The notes below the pieces were generated by a model. It was not told the origin of the DNA, did no database searches, and saw only the letters and a list, made by a program, of their open reading frames with translations. This document shows, in pieces, positions 50,425 through 64,000 of a stretch of 64,000 bases of DNA. Source of the DNA: Eledone cirrhosa (taxonomy: Eukaryota); NCBI GenBank assembly GCA_964016885.1, contig OZ024747.1, positions 37,758,001 through 37,822,000 of the forward strand. Reading direction: 5' to 3'. Position 1 is the first letter of the stretch; each line of letters begins with the position of its first letter. Position numbers and translations under genes: made by a program.

Positions 50425-53400
50425 TTGCTTTCTTTATTAACCACAACGGTTTACACAAAGTAGACATTAAGGACAGTACAGGACAATACAGGACGGTACA
50501 AAAGGGTATTTCTGCGTGTAAAAAACCCCCCAAAACAGAGGATGTAATAATAGAACAATGAAAAAATTCCCCAATAGGGGGGAGACATCCGAGGGAGATT
50601 CGTGGCGAAAGCCCATTAAAAAGTCACAGTGACCCTGACCACCAGGGCGAGTGCCCTCTCCCAGTTTTTCACCTTTAATTTACAGACACATACTCAGAGT
50701 AGGCCCATTCACTCGGGCCATTCTTGCCTCTCCCACCCATCTTTCAACAGAATGTTGGGAAGAGAGCACTTCCCTCTCTACCCTGATTTTCCTTTTCAAA
50801 TGAAATTTGAAAAAGTTAATCAGGGCATCACCGAAGAGGTAAGTGCTTGTCTTCAGCCCTTTCAAACGTGTCCACCATAGTATCTCTTTCGCCATGGCCA
50901 CCTGACAGATATAAACTGCCTGCCTTTCCCGGCTAAAGGAAGAGAGCGGGGCAATCCTCAGGATGGACTCAGCTGATAGCTGGATCCGACCTACACGCGA
51001 CAGCAGGTGTTCGTCATAAATCCACAAGTCAGCAATGCTCGGACACTGGACGAGTTCGTGCAGGACGGTTTCGTCGCCCTGCGCGTATCTTGGACATGCG
51101 CGGCTGACGGCACCTCCATGCCTGTAGAGTTTATCCCGAACTGGCAAAGCTCCTCGGTAGCACTGCCAGGCAAGGGATTTCTGAAAGTTGTCCATAGGCC
51201 CCTGCCCGAAAGTTCTTTCGAAGAGATTGGCTAGTTGATTTTCGTCGACGCCTAGAGTTTCCCCAAGTACGTCGTCGCTCTTCCCCTCCACTAATCCTCT
51301 ATAGAACGCCAAGGTGGAGTTTCCACCGATCACATTGCCCGATTTGCCGAGGGCTGTGAGCGCCTGAAGACATTCCAGTCTCCAAGCGCTCCCGCTCGGT
51401 CTTTGCTTGACCCCGGACTGCAGCTCCGTCAAGGAGACGAGCTGGGGAAAGATGCGACTAGCAAACGGCCACCACACCATATCACCGTCGAAGAATAGGT
51501 GGAGATGTCGTAGCCTGAGCGCGTGTCTGCGCATCATCAGCCAGGGCATGCCCAGCCCTCCACGTAGCGGGTATTGACAGCAGATGGAACGCCTGACCAT
51601 CGGAGCGCGTCCCTTCCACAAAAAGCGAAAGAGAAAACGCTCCAGCGCAGTCAGGCGGGGCTTAGGACAAGGTACGACGGTCAGGCGGTAGTAGATGACG
51701 GACGCGATGTACGCGTTAGCCACCTCCGCTCGACCTTTCAGGGATAGCTTCCTCTCCGCCCAATTTTGGGTGAGAGAAGCCAACCTGCTCGTCACCTCGT
51801 CCCAGTTTTTGTCCGCCTGGAGGTCCGAACCGGAACAGACCCCTAGCAATTTAACCGGTCCGTCCGTCCAGCGCCCGACGACGCTGTTGGACAGCATGGA
51901 CCTGCTTCTGCAGGTGCCGAGCTGCAGGCTCACTGACTTTTCCTGGTTGATCATTGCTCCTGTCACCGCTTCGTATTCTCTTAGTGTAGTGCCGATCGCC
52001 TCGATGTGTTTGGCGTTCGACACCACTACGGTGACATCGACCGCATCTGCTGACACGGATCTTACGCATCCTAGTTCGCGCGGGCCCCCCTCAACGTCTC
52101 CAGTTTGTGCAGTAATGGCTCGAGAGTCAATACGTACAAGAGGGACGAGAGGGGACATCCTTGGCGGACCGAGCGTATGATGTTGAACGGTTCACTCTCA
52201 CGACAGAGCAGATGTCGCTGTGCATGGCAGCGATCCAGCCTCTGAAGACGGGCCCAAAGCCAGCCGCCCTCAGGACTGCCGCTAGGTAACGATGGTCGAC
52301 TCTATCGAAAGCTTTCGACTGATCTAAATTGATCAAGGATCCACCCGTGCCAGGTCCTAGCTACCCTCTCCACGATATATCGTATGAGGTTGAGGTTGTC
52401 GTGGATGGATCTGTCTGGAATGGCGCATGTCTGCGCCTCTTCCACCAGACCACCAACGACAAGCGGCAACCTCTTTGCTAGCACCTTGGCCAAAATATTG
52501 AACTCTGTGTTTAGCAGAGGGCCTGAAATTATCTATGTTATCCCCCTTGTTCGGATCCTTTCTCAGCAACGCCACCGCTCCTCGGCTCACAGAGCTGGGA
52601 ATTCTCCCGTTCTGTTGCCTGTTGCAGTAGACGTCCGCCAAGAGGCCTCCGAACAAGTCTGGCATTTGTACGTAAAGTTCATAGCGCAGACCAACCAAAC
52701 CAGGTGACTTACCCCTTGTGCACCCAGTCATTGCCTCCCGTACTTTAGCAGCTGTTATCGGCCTTTCGCAACACCCCGCCTCAGTGGCTGAGAGCCGTGG
52801 CAGTGCGTCTAGGTAGACACTAAAGTCCATCCTTCGATCCGCCCCGCCGGTACCCCCGAACAGCTGAGCGAAGTATCGCTGAAAAGCTTCACACATTTGC
52901 CCGGGATCGAGTAGCATGCGTCCGTTGTGGTCCACCAAAGACCGGATCGTGGCTTTGTTTCCACGACGCGCCTCCGCCACTCGGGCCCATTGAACGGCTT
53001 TCGTCACCTTGCGTCTGAGAGCACGTACCCTAGCTCTGACAACGCAGCCTTCGTGCTTTGCATTGAATAATTGGTCAAGGGCCAATTTTGTTGCAAGTAC
53101 GTCGGTCGCGAAGCCTTTGCTAAGCGCCTCGTCTAATTGTCTAACTAGTTCTCCCTCTGCTCTATTTATCTCTATTGCTAAAGCCTTACTAAACCTAATG
53201 GATACTTTTCTAATCGCTCTTTTCAGAGCAACCTACCATTTGATATTGACGATGGCCCCCGTCAACGCCCGCTTAACTTGTTTGCTAATCCGGTCTCTGT
53301 AGGCCTTGCGCGCTGTTAATGACGCATTTAGCTTCCAGTAGCCGGGTCCCTGTCTATAAAGCGTATCTAAGTCAACCACACAGATCACGAATTTGTGGTC

Positions 53401-56145
53401 CGTGTAGCTGACTATCTTGAATTGTGGACAGCCTATGCTAGACCTATCTATTTCCCTACAAAATTCTCCATCTAGATATGATATGGATGACCCGATGAGG
53501 TTTGTCCAAGTCCACATTGGCACATTCGGGAAATCCAATCGGTACCTGTCCGACAGTTGTAAACGCCTGAGTAGATTTGTGAGTCTTTTACACCCTCCTC
53601 CCCTATCCGCTAATCCCACACAATCCCAGCTTGCATCTAAGATCCCGTTCCAGTCGCCCACTAACACTAGAGAGTGGGACGTTCCAAGAAAGGTCTCCAG
53701 ACGCCGGAAGAATTCAGGCTGTCCTGCTTCTGTTGGGGCATAGGCGGCCACTAGCCTGGAAGCTTGTCCTTCTTCGCTGGTCACGTCCAGTACAACCAAC
53801 TTGCCCTCTGGGTCCAAGAAGACCAGACTTCTCCGGAACAACGCGGCCATTCCCCCTCTCCAATACCTGGGACGGCTTGGAGATGTGTACACATCGTAGC
53901 CGCCGAAAATGGGTGCGAATGCCCGTGCCTCGGAGATTCTGGTCTCGCTGATGGCCATCACATCTATGTTTAGCGACCTGAGATCTTTCAGCAGGTGGCC
54001 CTGCTTCCAAGACGACCTCAGGCCACGTACATTTATGCTACCTATTCTGAGAGAAGCCATGTTGGCTAGGATAGGAGGAAAACAAGTGAGAGGGGTGAGG
54101 TACAAAAATTTACCTGTGGCTCTTCTTTATGAAGGGGGTGGGTGATCCATCCCTCCCACTATCGGTGGGTTTCTCCACGAGAATATCCGTGAATATTTTT
54201 TTGGTGATGTTCCCTCGGTAGTCTCCAATTCATGTGGGGACATTTATTTTAATGTTATGTAATTTTTTTTGTAATTTCTATTATTTTTATGTGTGTGGGG
54301 GTGCAACTTTTGTGGTTTGTACGTAGTTTATTTCTGTGATGTTGGTGTGGTGGTGAATGTAATTTAAAAGCTTTGTGTTGTCTGTGTCTATGGCTGTGTA
54401 TTGTGTCTGCTGTTGGGGTGTTGGTGCTTTCTGTGTTTGCTGTCATGTTGTTGGAGTTGACGATGGGGTAGATGCTTAGGGTGGCGGTGGAGGTGGTGGC
54501 GGTTGTGTTGGTGGTGGTGGTGGTGATGGTGTAGGTGGTTGTGAGGGTGTGGCTGTTGATGGTAGTGGAGGAGGTGTGGTAGTTTTCATTTTCTTTTCTT
54601 TTAGGGTTCTTTCTTCTTTTTTGGGTGGTGGGGTGGTGGTGAGGGTAGGGAGTTCTTTTTTTTGTTGGAATAGTTCTCCACTCTTCGGCCTCATCGCACT
54701 CTTTGTTCGATTTGGCTATATCAGGAAGAGGTATGCTTTCCATTGGTTCTGTGGGTGGTGGAAAAGATGGTGCTTTTGTTGTTGGGGATGGTGATTTCTC
54801 TTCTGCCACTGTGGTCTTTGTTTGTTTGTCTGCTCCAGTTACGGGGCACGGCGTGGGGGAGAAGGGGTGGGCGCGTGCCTGTTCTGGTAAGTTTGGGGCA
54901 GAATGCTTTAAGGTGCGTCTTGTTACCACATCCATGACACCTTGGGCGTCTACCTTCGACAGTCACTGGTAGATGGCTGCTGTCGTCCAAGTCTATTACT
55001 TCGGAGATGGCCTCAATGCTCTCATGGTTTGCTTGGATGATTAGCCCCCTCCCCGACTCTGTCCAATTTTCCTTTTTTATTCGCATGACGTTGAGTATGG
55101 TTGTTGAATCCTCAACGTCAGCGAGGACGGCTGCCGTCAGCCACGCCATCTCCACTAAGAGCGAAACCTGGCCCACTCGAACCCTCACGACTCTCTGGCC
55201 GCAGTATGTGGGCATCATTATGATTTCGTCACTGCAGAGTGGCGCAATGGAGTGTGTTTTGGCTTCTTCTGGGGTAGCGAAGAGCACATCCACAGTGCCA
55301 TATCTCGATCCCCGGGCTATATATGTTTTCTGTTGCCAGACGGTGCCGATAGCTTTTTGGACCTGTGATTCCGTTGCCCGTTCAACTCGCCGCGATTTTG
55401 ATCCGATCATGCCATAACTGACCGAACACAAAAGCTTGTTTCTTATTATCTCATCTGGGCAGGTGAGACTTACTCTGTGTCCGGTCTTTTTAACGAAGAC
55501 CTTTGCTTGTTTTATCTCTTCGTTAGTGATGTGTACTTGTTCAAAATTGTTTGTCGCTTTAGCGAAAGACGTGTTTGTGTTGATTCATCACTAGTTTTGT
55601 CTTTGTTGCCGTCGTTGGTGTTTTTTTTTCCTCTGTGTTGCTGCTGTTATAGTTGTTGTTCTTTGGGTTCTTTATGGCTGTTGCTGTTGTTATTGTTGTT
55701 ATTGGGGTGGTGGTCGTGGTGTTTGATTTTTCTAACGCAGGGAAGTTTGCGTTGTAATTTCCACTACTGCTACTACTGTTCCAGTGGCTGCTGCTGTTGT
55801 TGTCACTACCACTGTCGCTGTCGCTGCTGCTGCTGCTGTTTCTCTTGTTTTTTACTTGGCCTTGTAATTGGGTGGAAATGGCTGTTCCACCCTCCGAACA
55901 ACTCGCTGTTCCTCCCTTTGGACAATTTTTTTTTGTCCGCCATGTTTTTTAAAATCAAAATTTTGGGGTTATGATTGTAAATAAATGTAAATTTAGCCCT
56001 GAAGGGCGCGAGATACAGTTAAAAAACCACCTCCTTTGACAGAGACGTTCTTTAACTACACACCGATGGAAAAAATATTAAATAGAATTTTCGATAAATC
56101 ATAAAAATTCAACTAACTTACTCCGCTGTAGTTACCGCCGTCTTA
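50425..56145 (-). mobile_element. Tx1/L1-like LINE copy 2, apparently full-length; ORF1 about 55943-54120, ORF2 54060-50680, with frameshifts
   Basis: APE (GSINVRGL, LVGDWN, YLD, TDHK), RT (LDQSKAFDRVDH) and the ORF1 CCHC knuckle CHGCGNKTHLKAFC. Both flanks are (TAA)n. Confidence 0.92.
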
Positions 56146-56162
56146 TAATAATAACAAGAAGA

Positions 56163-56209
<47 letters not shown>

Positions 56210-59200
56210 TTTCATTTATTAGCCACAAGGGCCGACATGTAGGGGACAATACAAAGACAAGGACAGTGGGGGTTTACAATAAGGTCGAGTAAAAGTGCAC
56301 AATGGCCAGACTAATTTAACAATGAAGATATAAAAATATAAAATAAACTATGCATAAATATAACAAAATAAATTCCCCGATAGGGGGTGGACGACTCTGG
56401 GGTGACTCGGGTACCCCACCAATCCTGAACCATCCTGCGCTTCTAGGGCACCCAGGGAGAGCACCCCTCTCCTCAAGTTAGCTAGCCTCGATCTTCGAGT
56501 CGGGTCGATCTTCACTATGGAATCGGCCGATAGCCGGATCCGTTCCACACGCGACAGTAGCTGTTCGACATAACTCCACAAGTCAGTAATGCACGGACCT
56601 TGGACAAGTGCGTGCAGAACGGTTTCGTCGTTCTGTGCGCATCTTGGGCAGGTCCGTCTCACAGCACTTCCGTTCCTGTAGAGTTTATCCCGAACCGGTA
56701 GTGCCCCCCAGTAGCATTGCCAAGCGAGGGATTTCTGGAAATTGTCCATCGTCCCCGGCTCGAAAGTCCTCCGGTACAGACTGGTCAGTTCGACTTCGTC
56801 GAGGCCCAAAGCTTCTCCGAGTGCGTCATCGCCCTTGCCCACCACTAATCCTCTATAGAACTCGAGAGTGGAAGTTCCACTGATCGCATTGCACGCTTGG
56901 TAGAGGGCAGTGAGTTCCTGGCAACATTCTAGGTGCCAGTCACCCAGTCTCGGTCTCCTCTTGACCCAGGACTGCAGCTCTGTCAAAGAAACGAGCTGCG
57001 GAAAGGCCCATCTGATAAACGGCGACCACACCTGTTCACCGTTTAGGCAGAATATCTGGAGATGTTGCAGCCTCAGCGCATGTCTGCGCATCATTAGCCA
57101 CGGCATGCCCAGCCCTCCGCGTAGAGGGTGCTGGCAGCAGATGGACCACCTCACCAACGGAACTTGTCCTTTCCACAAAATTTGAAGAGGAGCCGTTCCA
57201 ACTAGACGAGGCGCGGACGGGGGCAAGGCACGACGGTCAGGCAGTAGTAGATGATGGGTGCGATGTACGCATTCGCCACCTCGGCGCGACCTTTCAGTGA
57301 TAGCTTCCGCCCAGCCCATTTTTGGGTGAGACTGGCTACTCTACTCGTTACCTCGTCCCAATTCTTTTCCACCTGGAGGTCTGGTCCGAACCAAACCCCG
57401 AGCAACTTTACCGCCCCACTACGCTATTGGACGGCATGGACTTGCCTCTCCAGGTTCCGAGCTGCAAGCCCACCGACTTTTCCGGGTTAAGTTTGGCTCC
57501 TGTCATCTTTCATATTCCTTCAATAAGGTGTCAGCCACCACGATTTCTGGGGTGTCGGCCACCATCACGGTGATGTCGTCCGCATAAGCCGACACCGCCT
57601 TTCCACGTCCGGTTCGTGTGGGATGCCCTGCAACAGCTCCAACTTCTGCAGTAAAGGCTTGAGAGTCAATACGTACAGAAAGGAAGAGAGAGGGCACCTT
57701 TGACGGACCGATCGGGAGAGCCGAAATGGTTCCAAGAGGTGGCCATTAACCTTGACCACCGAGCGTGTGCCGCTGTGCATTGCAGCGATCCAGCTTCTGA
57801 AGACAGGGCTTAAGCCAGCTGCTTTGAGGACAAACTCCAGATACCGATGGTCGACTCTATCGAATGCTTTCGATTGATCTAAATTGATCAGTGACCCAGC
57901 GAAGCCAGGTTTACACCCTACCCTCTCTATGATATATCGCATGAGGTGGAAATTGTCGTGTATGGACCTTGCTAGATTGCACAAGTTTGCGCATCCCCAA
58001 CCAAATCCTCGACGACAAGCGCCAATCTCTTTGCTAACACATTGGCCAAAATCTTAAACTCTGTTATGGGCCTGAAATTGTCTAATGTATCCCTCTTGTT
58101 CTCGTCTTTCCTTAGCAGCGTCACCACTCCCCTGATCACAGAACTGGGAATACTCCCATTCTGCTTCCACTTGCAGTAGAGTGCTTCGAGGAGTTCGGAG
58201 AACAAGTCTGGCATATTTACGTAAAGCTCATAGGGCAGGCCTTCCAAACCGGGTGACTTGCGCCTCATGAACCCGACAAGGGCGTCCTGAATTTCGGCTG
58301 AAGTAATCGGCCTTTCGCAGCGCTCAGCGTCGATCGTTGAGATGCGCGGCAAGCCGTCAAGGTAGGGACTCTAAATCCGCTACTCTCTCTGATTCGCCAC
58401 TCTCCCCGAACAACCGAGAAAAGTGCTGGCGAAAGGCCTCACATATCCGCTTGGAATCGCTTATGTCGTGTCCGTATCGGTCCGCCAAAGACCGAATTGT
58501 GGTTTTATTACCACGCTGCGCCTCCGCCACGCGGGCCCATCGAACAGCTTTGGTTCCCTCGTTTCTCAGCGCACGTACCTTAGCTCTGACAATGCAACCT
58601 TCGTGTTTCGCATTGAAGAAATGGTCTAAAGCTATTCTCGCCGCTAGCACGTCAGTTGCAATGCCCCTACAAATAGCCTCGTCTAACTTATCTACCAGCT
58701 CCCCCTCCTTTCCATTTTTCTCTAACGTTAGTTCTTTGCTGAACTCTATCGAAGTTACTCTAATCTCTCTTTTGAGAGCCCCCCACCATCTGTTGTTGAT
58801 GATCCCTCCTGTCAACTTTTGCTTAACTAAATTGTTGACTGTAAGCCTTACGTGCCGGAAATAACATGTTCAGCTTCCAGTAACACGGTCCCAACCTACG
58901 CGTTTTATCTTGGTCGACTAAACAGATGACAAATTTGTGATCTGAATAGGTGACCGTTTTAAAAATTGGGTAGCCTACACTATTTCTATCTATTTTCCTA
59001 ATGAAGATCCTGTCTATATACTATCTAGATGACCTTATGCGGTTGGTCCACGTCGACACTGGTGCATTGGGGAAATCTAGTCGATACCTGTCAGACAGTT
59101 GGAACTGGCTGATTAGGTGCTTGAGGCTTTTGCACACCCCGCTCCTATCAGCTACTCTCACACAATCCCAGCGTGCGTCTAAGATGCCGTTCCAGTCCCC

Positions 59201-59526
59201 CGCTAACAGTACCGGACGAGACGTACCCAGAATGTTTTCCAGGCACCTAAAGAAGTCCAGTCGTCCGGCCCCAGTAGGCGGTCAGAAGTCTAAAGGCACC
59301 ACCTTCGCTACTGCTCACATCCAGGACAACCAACTTACAGTCCGGGTCCCTGAAGATCGACGTTACCTCGAGATCCAGACCTTTCCTAAACAGCACTGCC
59401 ACCCCTCCTCCCATTCACGGCCTGATAACAGATGCGAAGATCTGAAAGTCGTCGAAAATGGGGGCTAGTGCGCGCGTGTCGGAAATGCTGGTCTCGGTGA
59501 CGGCAATCACATCCATTTCCAGAGAC
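56210..59526 (-). mobile_element. Tx1/L1-like LINE copy 3, 5'-truncated within the APE domain
   Basis: KSPGLEGLPYE, LDQSKAFDRVDH, SVRQRCPLS, SAYADD and CPRC...ETVLHAL. Confidence 0.92.
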
Positions 59527-59535
59527 TAATAATAA

Positions 59536-61770
59536 TGAAACTCTTAAAGGGCAGGCCAAAAATCTAACCAACTGGAAATCACCAGGCCCAGATGGTGTGC
59601 AAGGGTATTGGATTAAAAATATAACATCCCCCCACCCGAAACTGACAACCATGTTTAATGACTGCTTGATGTCGGGTGAAGTACCAGAGTGGTTGACAAA
59701 AGGCACCACAGTTCTGGTAATGAAAGACAGAATCAAGAGTAATGATGTTACCAACTATAGACCTATCACATGTCTGTCCGTAATGTGGAAAGTGTTAACA
59801 AACATTGTGTCTGAGGAAATCTACCTTCACCTCCACATAAACAACTTGTTACCGGACGAACAGAAAGGATGCCGAAAGAAGTCCCGTGGTACAAAATACC
59901 AGCTACTTATTGATAACATGGTAATGAGGAATTACAAGAGGAGGCACACTGGTCTTTCCATGGGATGGATAGACTACAAAAAGGCATTCGACATGGTACC
60001 TCATTCTTGGATAACCAAAAGCCTAGAGACCTTTAAGTTGGCAGATAACATCAGAGAGTTGTTGAGCAAAAGTATGAAGTCCTGGGAAACAGAGTTAACA
60101 TGAGGTGGAGAATCCTTGAGAGGCGTGAAATCAAGAGAGGTATCTTCCAGGGAGATAGTTTGTCCCCTCTGCTTGCCCTGATACGCCTGACCGTTATATT
60201 GCGAAAAGTGAGAGCAGGATACAAGTTGGGAAGAGGAGAGCTTTCAACCACCTCCTCTTCATGGACGATCTTAAACTCTTTGGGAAGAGTGAGAAGGAGT
60301 TGGATGTGCTTGTTGACACTGTCCGTATTTTCAGCAATGATATATGTATGGAATTTGGTGTTAATAAGTGTGGAGTCCTAGTGATGAAGAGGGGTAAATT
60401 GAGCATAAGCAACGGAATCCAGGTACCAACAGGTGAGATGATAAAGGAAATTGACACTGAAGAAGGATACAAATATTTAGGTGTTCTGGAGGCAGATGAC
60501 ATCAAGAACAAAAAAATGAAGGAATTGATATAATCTGAATACATAAGGAGAGTAAGGACGTATTAAAATTACATCTACATAGTGGGAATGTCATAAGTGC
60601 AGTAAATTCCCGAGCTGTGACTATTATTAGGTACAGTGCGGGAATTCTGAAATGGAATGTTGCTGAACAAAAAGAAATGGATAGGAAGACTAGGAAGCTA
60701 TTGACTATCTACAACATGTCCCACAAGAGGAGTGATGTCGATAGACTCTACTTAAAGTGATCTGAAGGTGGAAGAAGTCTTATCAGCATAGAGGACTGTG
60801 TTCAGATGGAGAAAATCAACCTGCACAAATATGTGACTGACATTAGGCCAATGCTCAAAATTATACTGAAGGAGAGAACAATAGACCAGGGGATGTCCAA
60901 GGAGGAAATAACAACAAGGAGGAAGAGCAGCCTTCTAAAAATCCCTTCATAGTACCTTCTTTGAGAAAACTGAATTCAGAGATCCACAGACATGGAACTG
61001 GTTAAAAAAAGAAGACCTTATAAAAGTTACAGAAGGGAAGCTAATGGCTGCGCAAGAGCAAGCCCTCAGATCAAAGTGGGTGACACACCATATTGACAAG
61101 GAGGAGGCTAGCTCACTGTGTAGGATCTGTGGAGAGAGAGAAGTGACTGTGGCTCACATTGTATCCGAGTGTAAACACCTTGCCCAGACTCACTATAAAT
61201 GCTGGAGACATGATGTGATGGGCAGGATGATCCAGTGGCATCTATGCAAAGTAAACAATTTACCACATTCTGAGAAGTGGTATGAGCATAAGCCAGAGTC
61301 GGTGATAGAAAATGATCAGGTGAAGGTGCTGTGGGATTTTAGGATACAGGCGGACAAGAAATTAGAACACAATAGACCTGACCTGGTGGTTTTGGACAAG
61401 GAAAAAAGATCGTGCCTGATTGTAGATGTAGCCTGTCCATTCGACACGAGAGTGCAAGAGAAGGAGACTGAGAAAATTAACCGACACCAGGACTTAAAGT
61501 GGGAATTAAAAAGGATTTGGAACTGCCATGAGGTCAATGTCGTCCCGATTGTCATAGGCGCATTAGGTACTATCTCAAAGAGTTTCCAAGGATGGTTAAA
61601 GAAGATTAGTCCAGTCCCGCTTTTTGGAACGCTTCAAAAGGCATGCTTGCTGGGAACAGCAAGAACACTCCGATACGTCCTGAATGTCCGAGGCTGCAGG
61701 TAGCGGCTTGATATTCATTTCAACAAACTTTTCAGTTAAATAACATCAATGACTGAGACTCAAAGAACAA
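59536..61770 (+). mobile_element. 5'-truncated R4/Dong-like LINE (RT + CCHC + restriction-like endonuclease)
   Basis: WKSPGPD, NYRPITCL, WIDYKKAFDMVPHSW, GIFQGDSLSPL, FMDDLK, CRICG...HIVSEC, RHD, RPDL and DVACP; (TAA)n on both sides. Confidence 0.93.
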
Positions 61771-61817
61771 TAATAATAATAATTATAATAATAATAATTA
61801 TAATAATAATAATAATT

Positions 61818-62170
61818 GATATGTCCGTTCTAATGGACACGAATGTATCTATAATAACATTTGAAAAATTGAGCAAGTATAAAGACCTGGAGATAGAAAT
61901 TGAAAAAATGTGGAAGTTAAGAACTAAAACAATACCAGTGGTTGTAGGCGCTCTAGGAATGATACCTAAGGGGTCTAATGATTACTTATCCCAAATCCCA
62001 GGAAACCCACGTATAGAAAAAATTCAAAAGATAGTACTAATGGGAACTGCCCATATACTAAGAAAGATTCTGTCAATATAAGTACATCACAAGTCTAAAC
62101 ACCTAAAGATGCATGTGTGTGTCTGTATTGGTGATAACTCGTATGAACATAAAGCAACATAAATGCAATA
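61818..62170 (+). mobile_element. 3' fragment of a second R4/Dong-like family
   Basis: DMSV...EKLSKYKDLEIEI...IPVVVGALG...IQKIVLMGTAHILRK*, flanked by (TAA)n. Confidence 0.85.
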
Positions 62171-62877
62171 ATAATAATAATAATACATTTTTTATATAGT
62201 CGTGAAATTATGAGAGGTTGTTCAGCCTCAGGTTAAGGCATCTGACCGAACGAGCATATTGTAATTACCATATATATTTGTAGACGCATTGTATTATTTA
62301 AAAGTACACTACTCAATTTACATCTTTTTTAAAGGAGGAAGTGTGTGCTTGAATGAGATCTGGCTGTTATTACAAGCAGCTCTAGCAAGCCTGTAAAGGA
62401 AGAGAATTTCTCGTTGGCTCGGAACAAATTTCGAAGTAAGTGGTGAAGGAATTTTATCCGAAAATCGATAAAGAGTTGCAATCTCGATTCCGGAAACCAC
62501 ACAAAATAACAATCGTCATTTTCAGTAATAATATATTTAGCAGTCAGTAGGTGGTGGAATAGGGCACCGGGATAATTTATTTACAGAATTTAGTGTCCAA
62601 CCTCTACGTTTTTTTGAAAACATTGCGGTTGTTTTTCATTCTTCAAGGATCAGTATAGATAGAAATATATATTTGGAAACAATTTAATAACCTATACGCT
62701 TCATTTATTTCCCAGAAATACCAGAATATATCGTGGTTCGGTGGATAGTATTATTTTATTCATGGCACCAAAAGGTTTAGAAACATTGGTCCCGACAGTC
62801 TATGGCATGCTTCCGAAGTAAGACTCAATACTTAAAGCCAAACCAATGTAACCTAATCATTGCATATATTTAGATAT

Positions 62878-63000
62878 CATTCTGAGTTCAAATCCCGCCG
62901 AGGTTAACTTTGCCGTTCATCGTTACGAGATAGATAAAACAAAGTACCAGTAATGCACTAGGTGTTTGCTGACCTTGTGCCAAAAGTAGAAACAATTATT
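62878..63000 (+). mobile_element. SINE 3' part
   Basis: gagttcaaatcccgccgaggttaactttgcc...gtaccagt...ttgtgccaaaagtagaaacaattatt. Confidence 0.8.
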
Positions 63001-63177
63001 AGTTCTACGTGAGTGATGGCTAAATGTCTGTGTTGTGTTGGTTACGAGGTGATACAAGCCATATGTTTATGACGTCATCATCTGGGACTTTCACAAATAA
63101 TTACCACTATCGTCTTTCTTATCACTGTTCTGAATCAAGGTACTTTACGATTGAATAGTAAAGTGCGACGATAGTTT

Positions 63178-64000
63178 CATGGTGGGGTGTACATGGTGGG
63201 GTATATATGGTGGGGTGTACATGGTGGGGTATACATGATGGGGTATCCATGGTCGGGTATATATGGTGGGGTATACATAGTGGGGTGTACATGGTGGGGT
63301 ATATATGGTGGGGTGTACATGGTGGGGTATATATGGTGGGGTATGTATGGTGGGGTATACATGGTGGGGTATATATGGTGGAGTATATATGGTGGGGTAT
63401 ACATAGTGGGGTATACATGATGGGGTATCCATGGTCGGGTATATATGGTGGGGTATACATGGTGGGGTAAATATGGTGGGGTATATATGGTGGGGTGTAC
63501 ATGGTGGGGTATATATGGTGGGGTATGTATGGTGGGGTATACATGGTGGGGTATATATGGTGGGGTGTACATGGTGGGGGTAAACACGGTGGGGTATACA
63601 TGGTGGGGTATACATGGTGGCGTATACATGGTGGGGTAAATATGGTGGGGTATATATGGTGGGGTGTACATGGTGGGGTATATATGGTGGGGTATGTATG
63701 GTGGGGTATACATGGTGGGGTATACATGATGGGGTATACATGGTGGCGTATACATGGTGGGGTATACATGGTAGGGTATATATGGTAGGGTATATATGGT
63801 GGGGTATTAATGGTGGGGAAAACATGGTGGGGTATATATGGTGAGGTATTACGGTGGGGTATATAAGGTGGTGTATTAATGGTGGGGTATATATGATGGA
63901 GTATATATGGTGGGGTATACATGGTTGGGTATATATGATGGGGTATATAAGATGGGGTATATATGATGGGGTATATATGATGGAGTACATATGATGGGGT
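63178..64000 (+). repeat. 14-bp G-rich minisatellite, consensus GGTGGGGTRTAYAT; runs off the window
   Basis: About 58 directly visible units with variants. Confidence 0.97.

Noticed and set aside
54255-55974. Thr/Pro/Cys-rich ORFs on both strands
   Set aside because: Frameshifted low-complexity parts of Tx1 ORF1 or their antisense shadows.
62318-62512. 64-aa minus ORF with a splice-acceptor-like ttctcttcctttacag
   Set aside because: No recognisable motif or partner exons; a host exon cannot be supported without transcript data.
63122-63990. Extensin-like Y/P/H-rich ORFs; CRISPR-like periodicity
   Set aside because: Translations of a 14-bp minisatellite with no unique spacers and no cas genes, in a eukaryotic context.

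Overview
This is a eukaryotic, AT-rich window made almost entirely of retroelements; the SINE family and microsatellite style suggest an octopus/cephalopod genome (inference). I found no host gene. Bases 1 to ~41 kb are a (TA)n-rich cluster of Penelope-like elements (PLEs) from several lineages. These include one intact Hydra-type element (819-aa RT + GIY-YIG ORF with direct and inverted pseudo-LTRs), one full-length Neptune-type element with an upstream ORF joined by a candidate -1 frameshift, other C-terminal GIY-YIG PLEs, two RTE LINE copies, and many fold-back remnants. About 20 type-I hammerhead ribozyme (HHR) motifs can be read by eye at the PLE 3' ends. Several have variant cores (U3-A8, C4, A4) or ~80-nt stem II insertions, and several palindromic mini-elements fold back exactly at the ribozyme. 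Bases ~41 to 62 kb are a (TAA)n-anchored nest of tRNA-derived SINEs, three Tx1/L1-like LINEs (minus strand) and R4/Dong-like RLE LINEs (plus strand). A G-rich 14-bp minisatellite ends the window. All folds and boundaries were derived by hand; boundaries are approximate to a few bases and clade names are motif-based, not phylogenetic.
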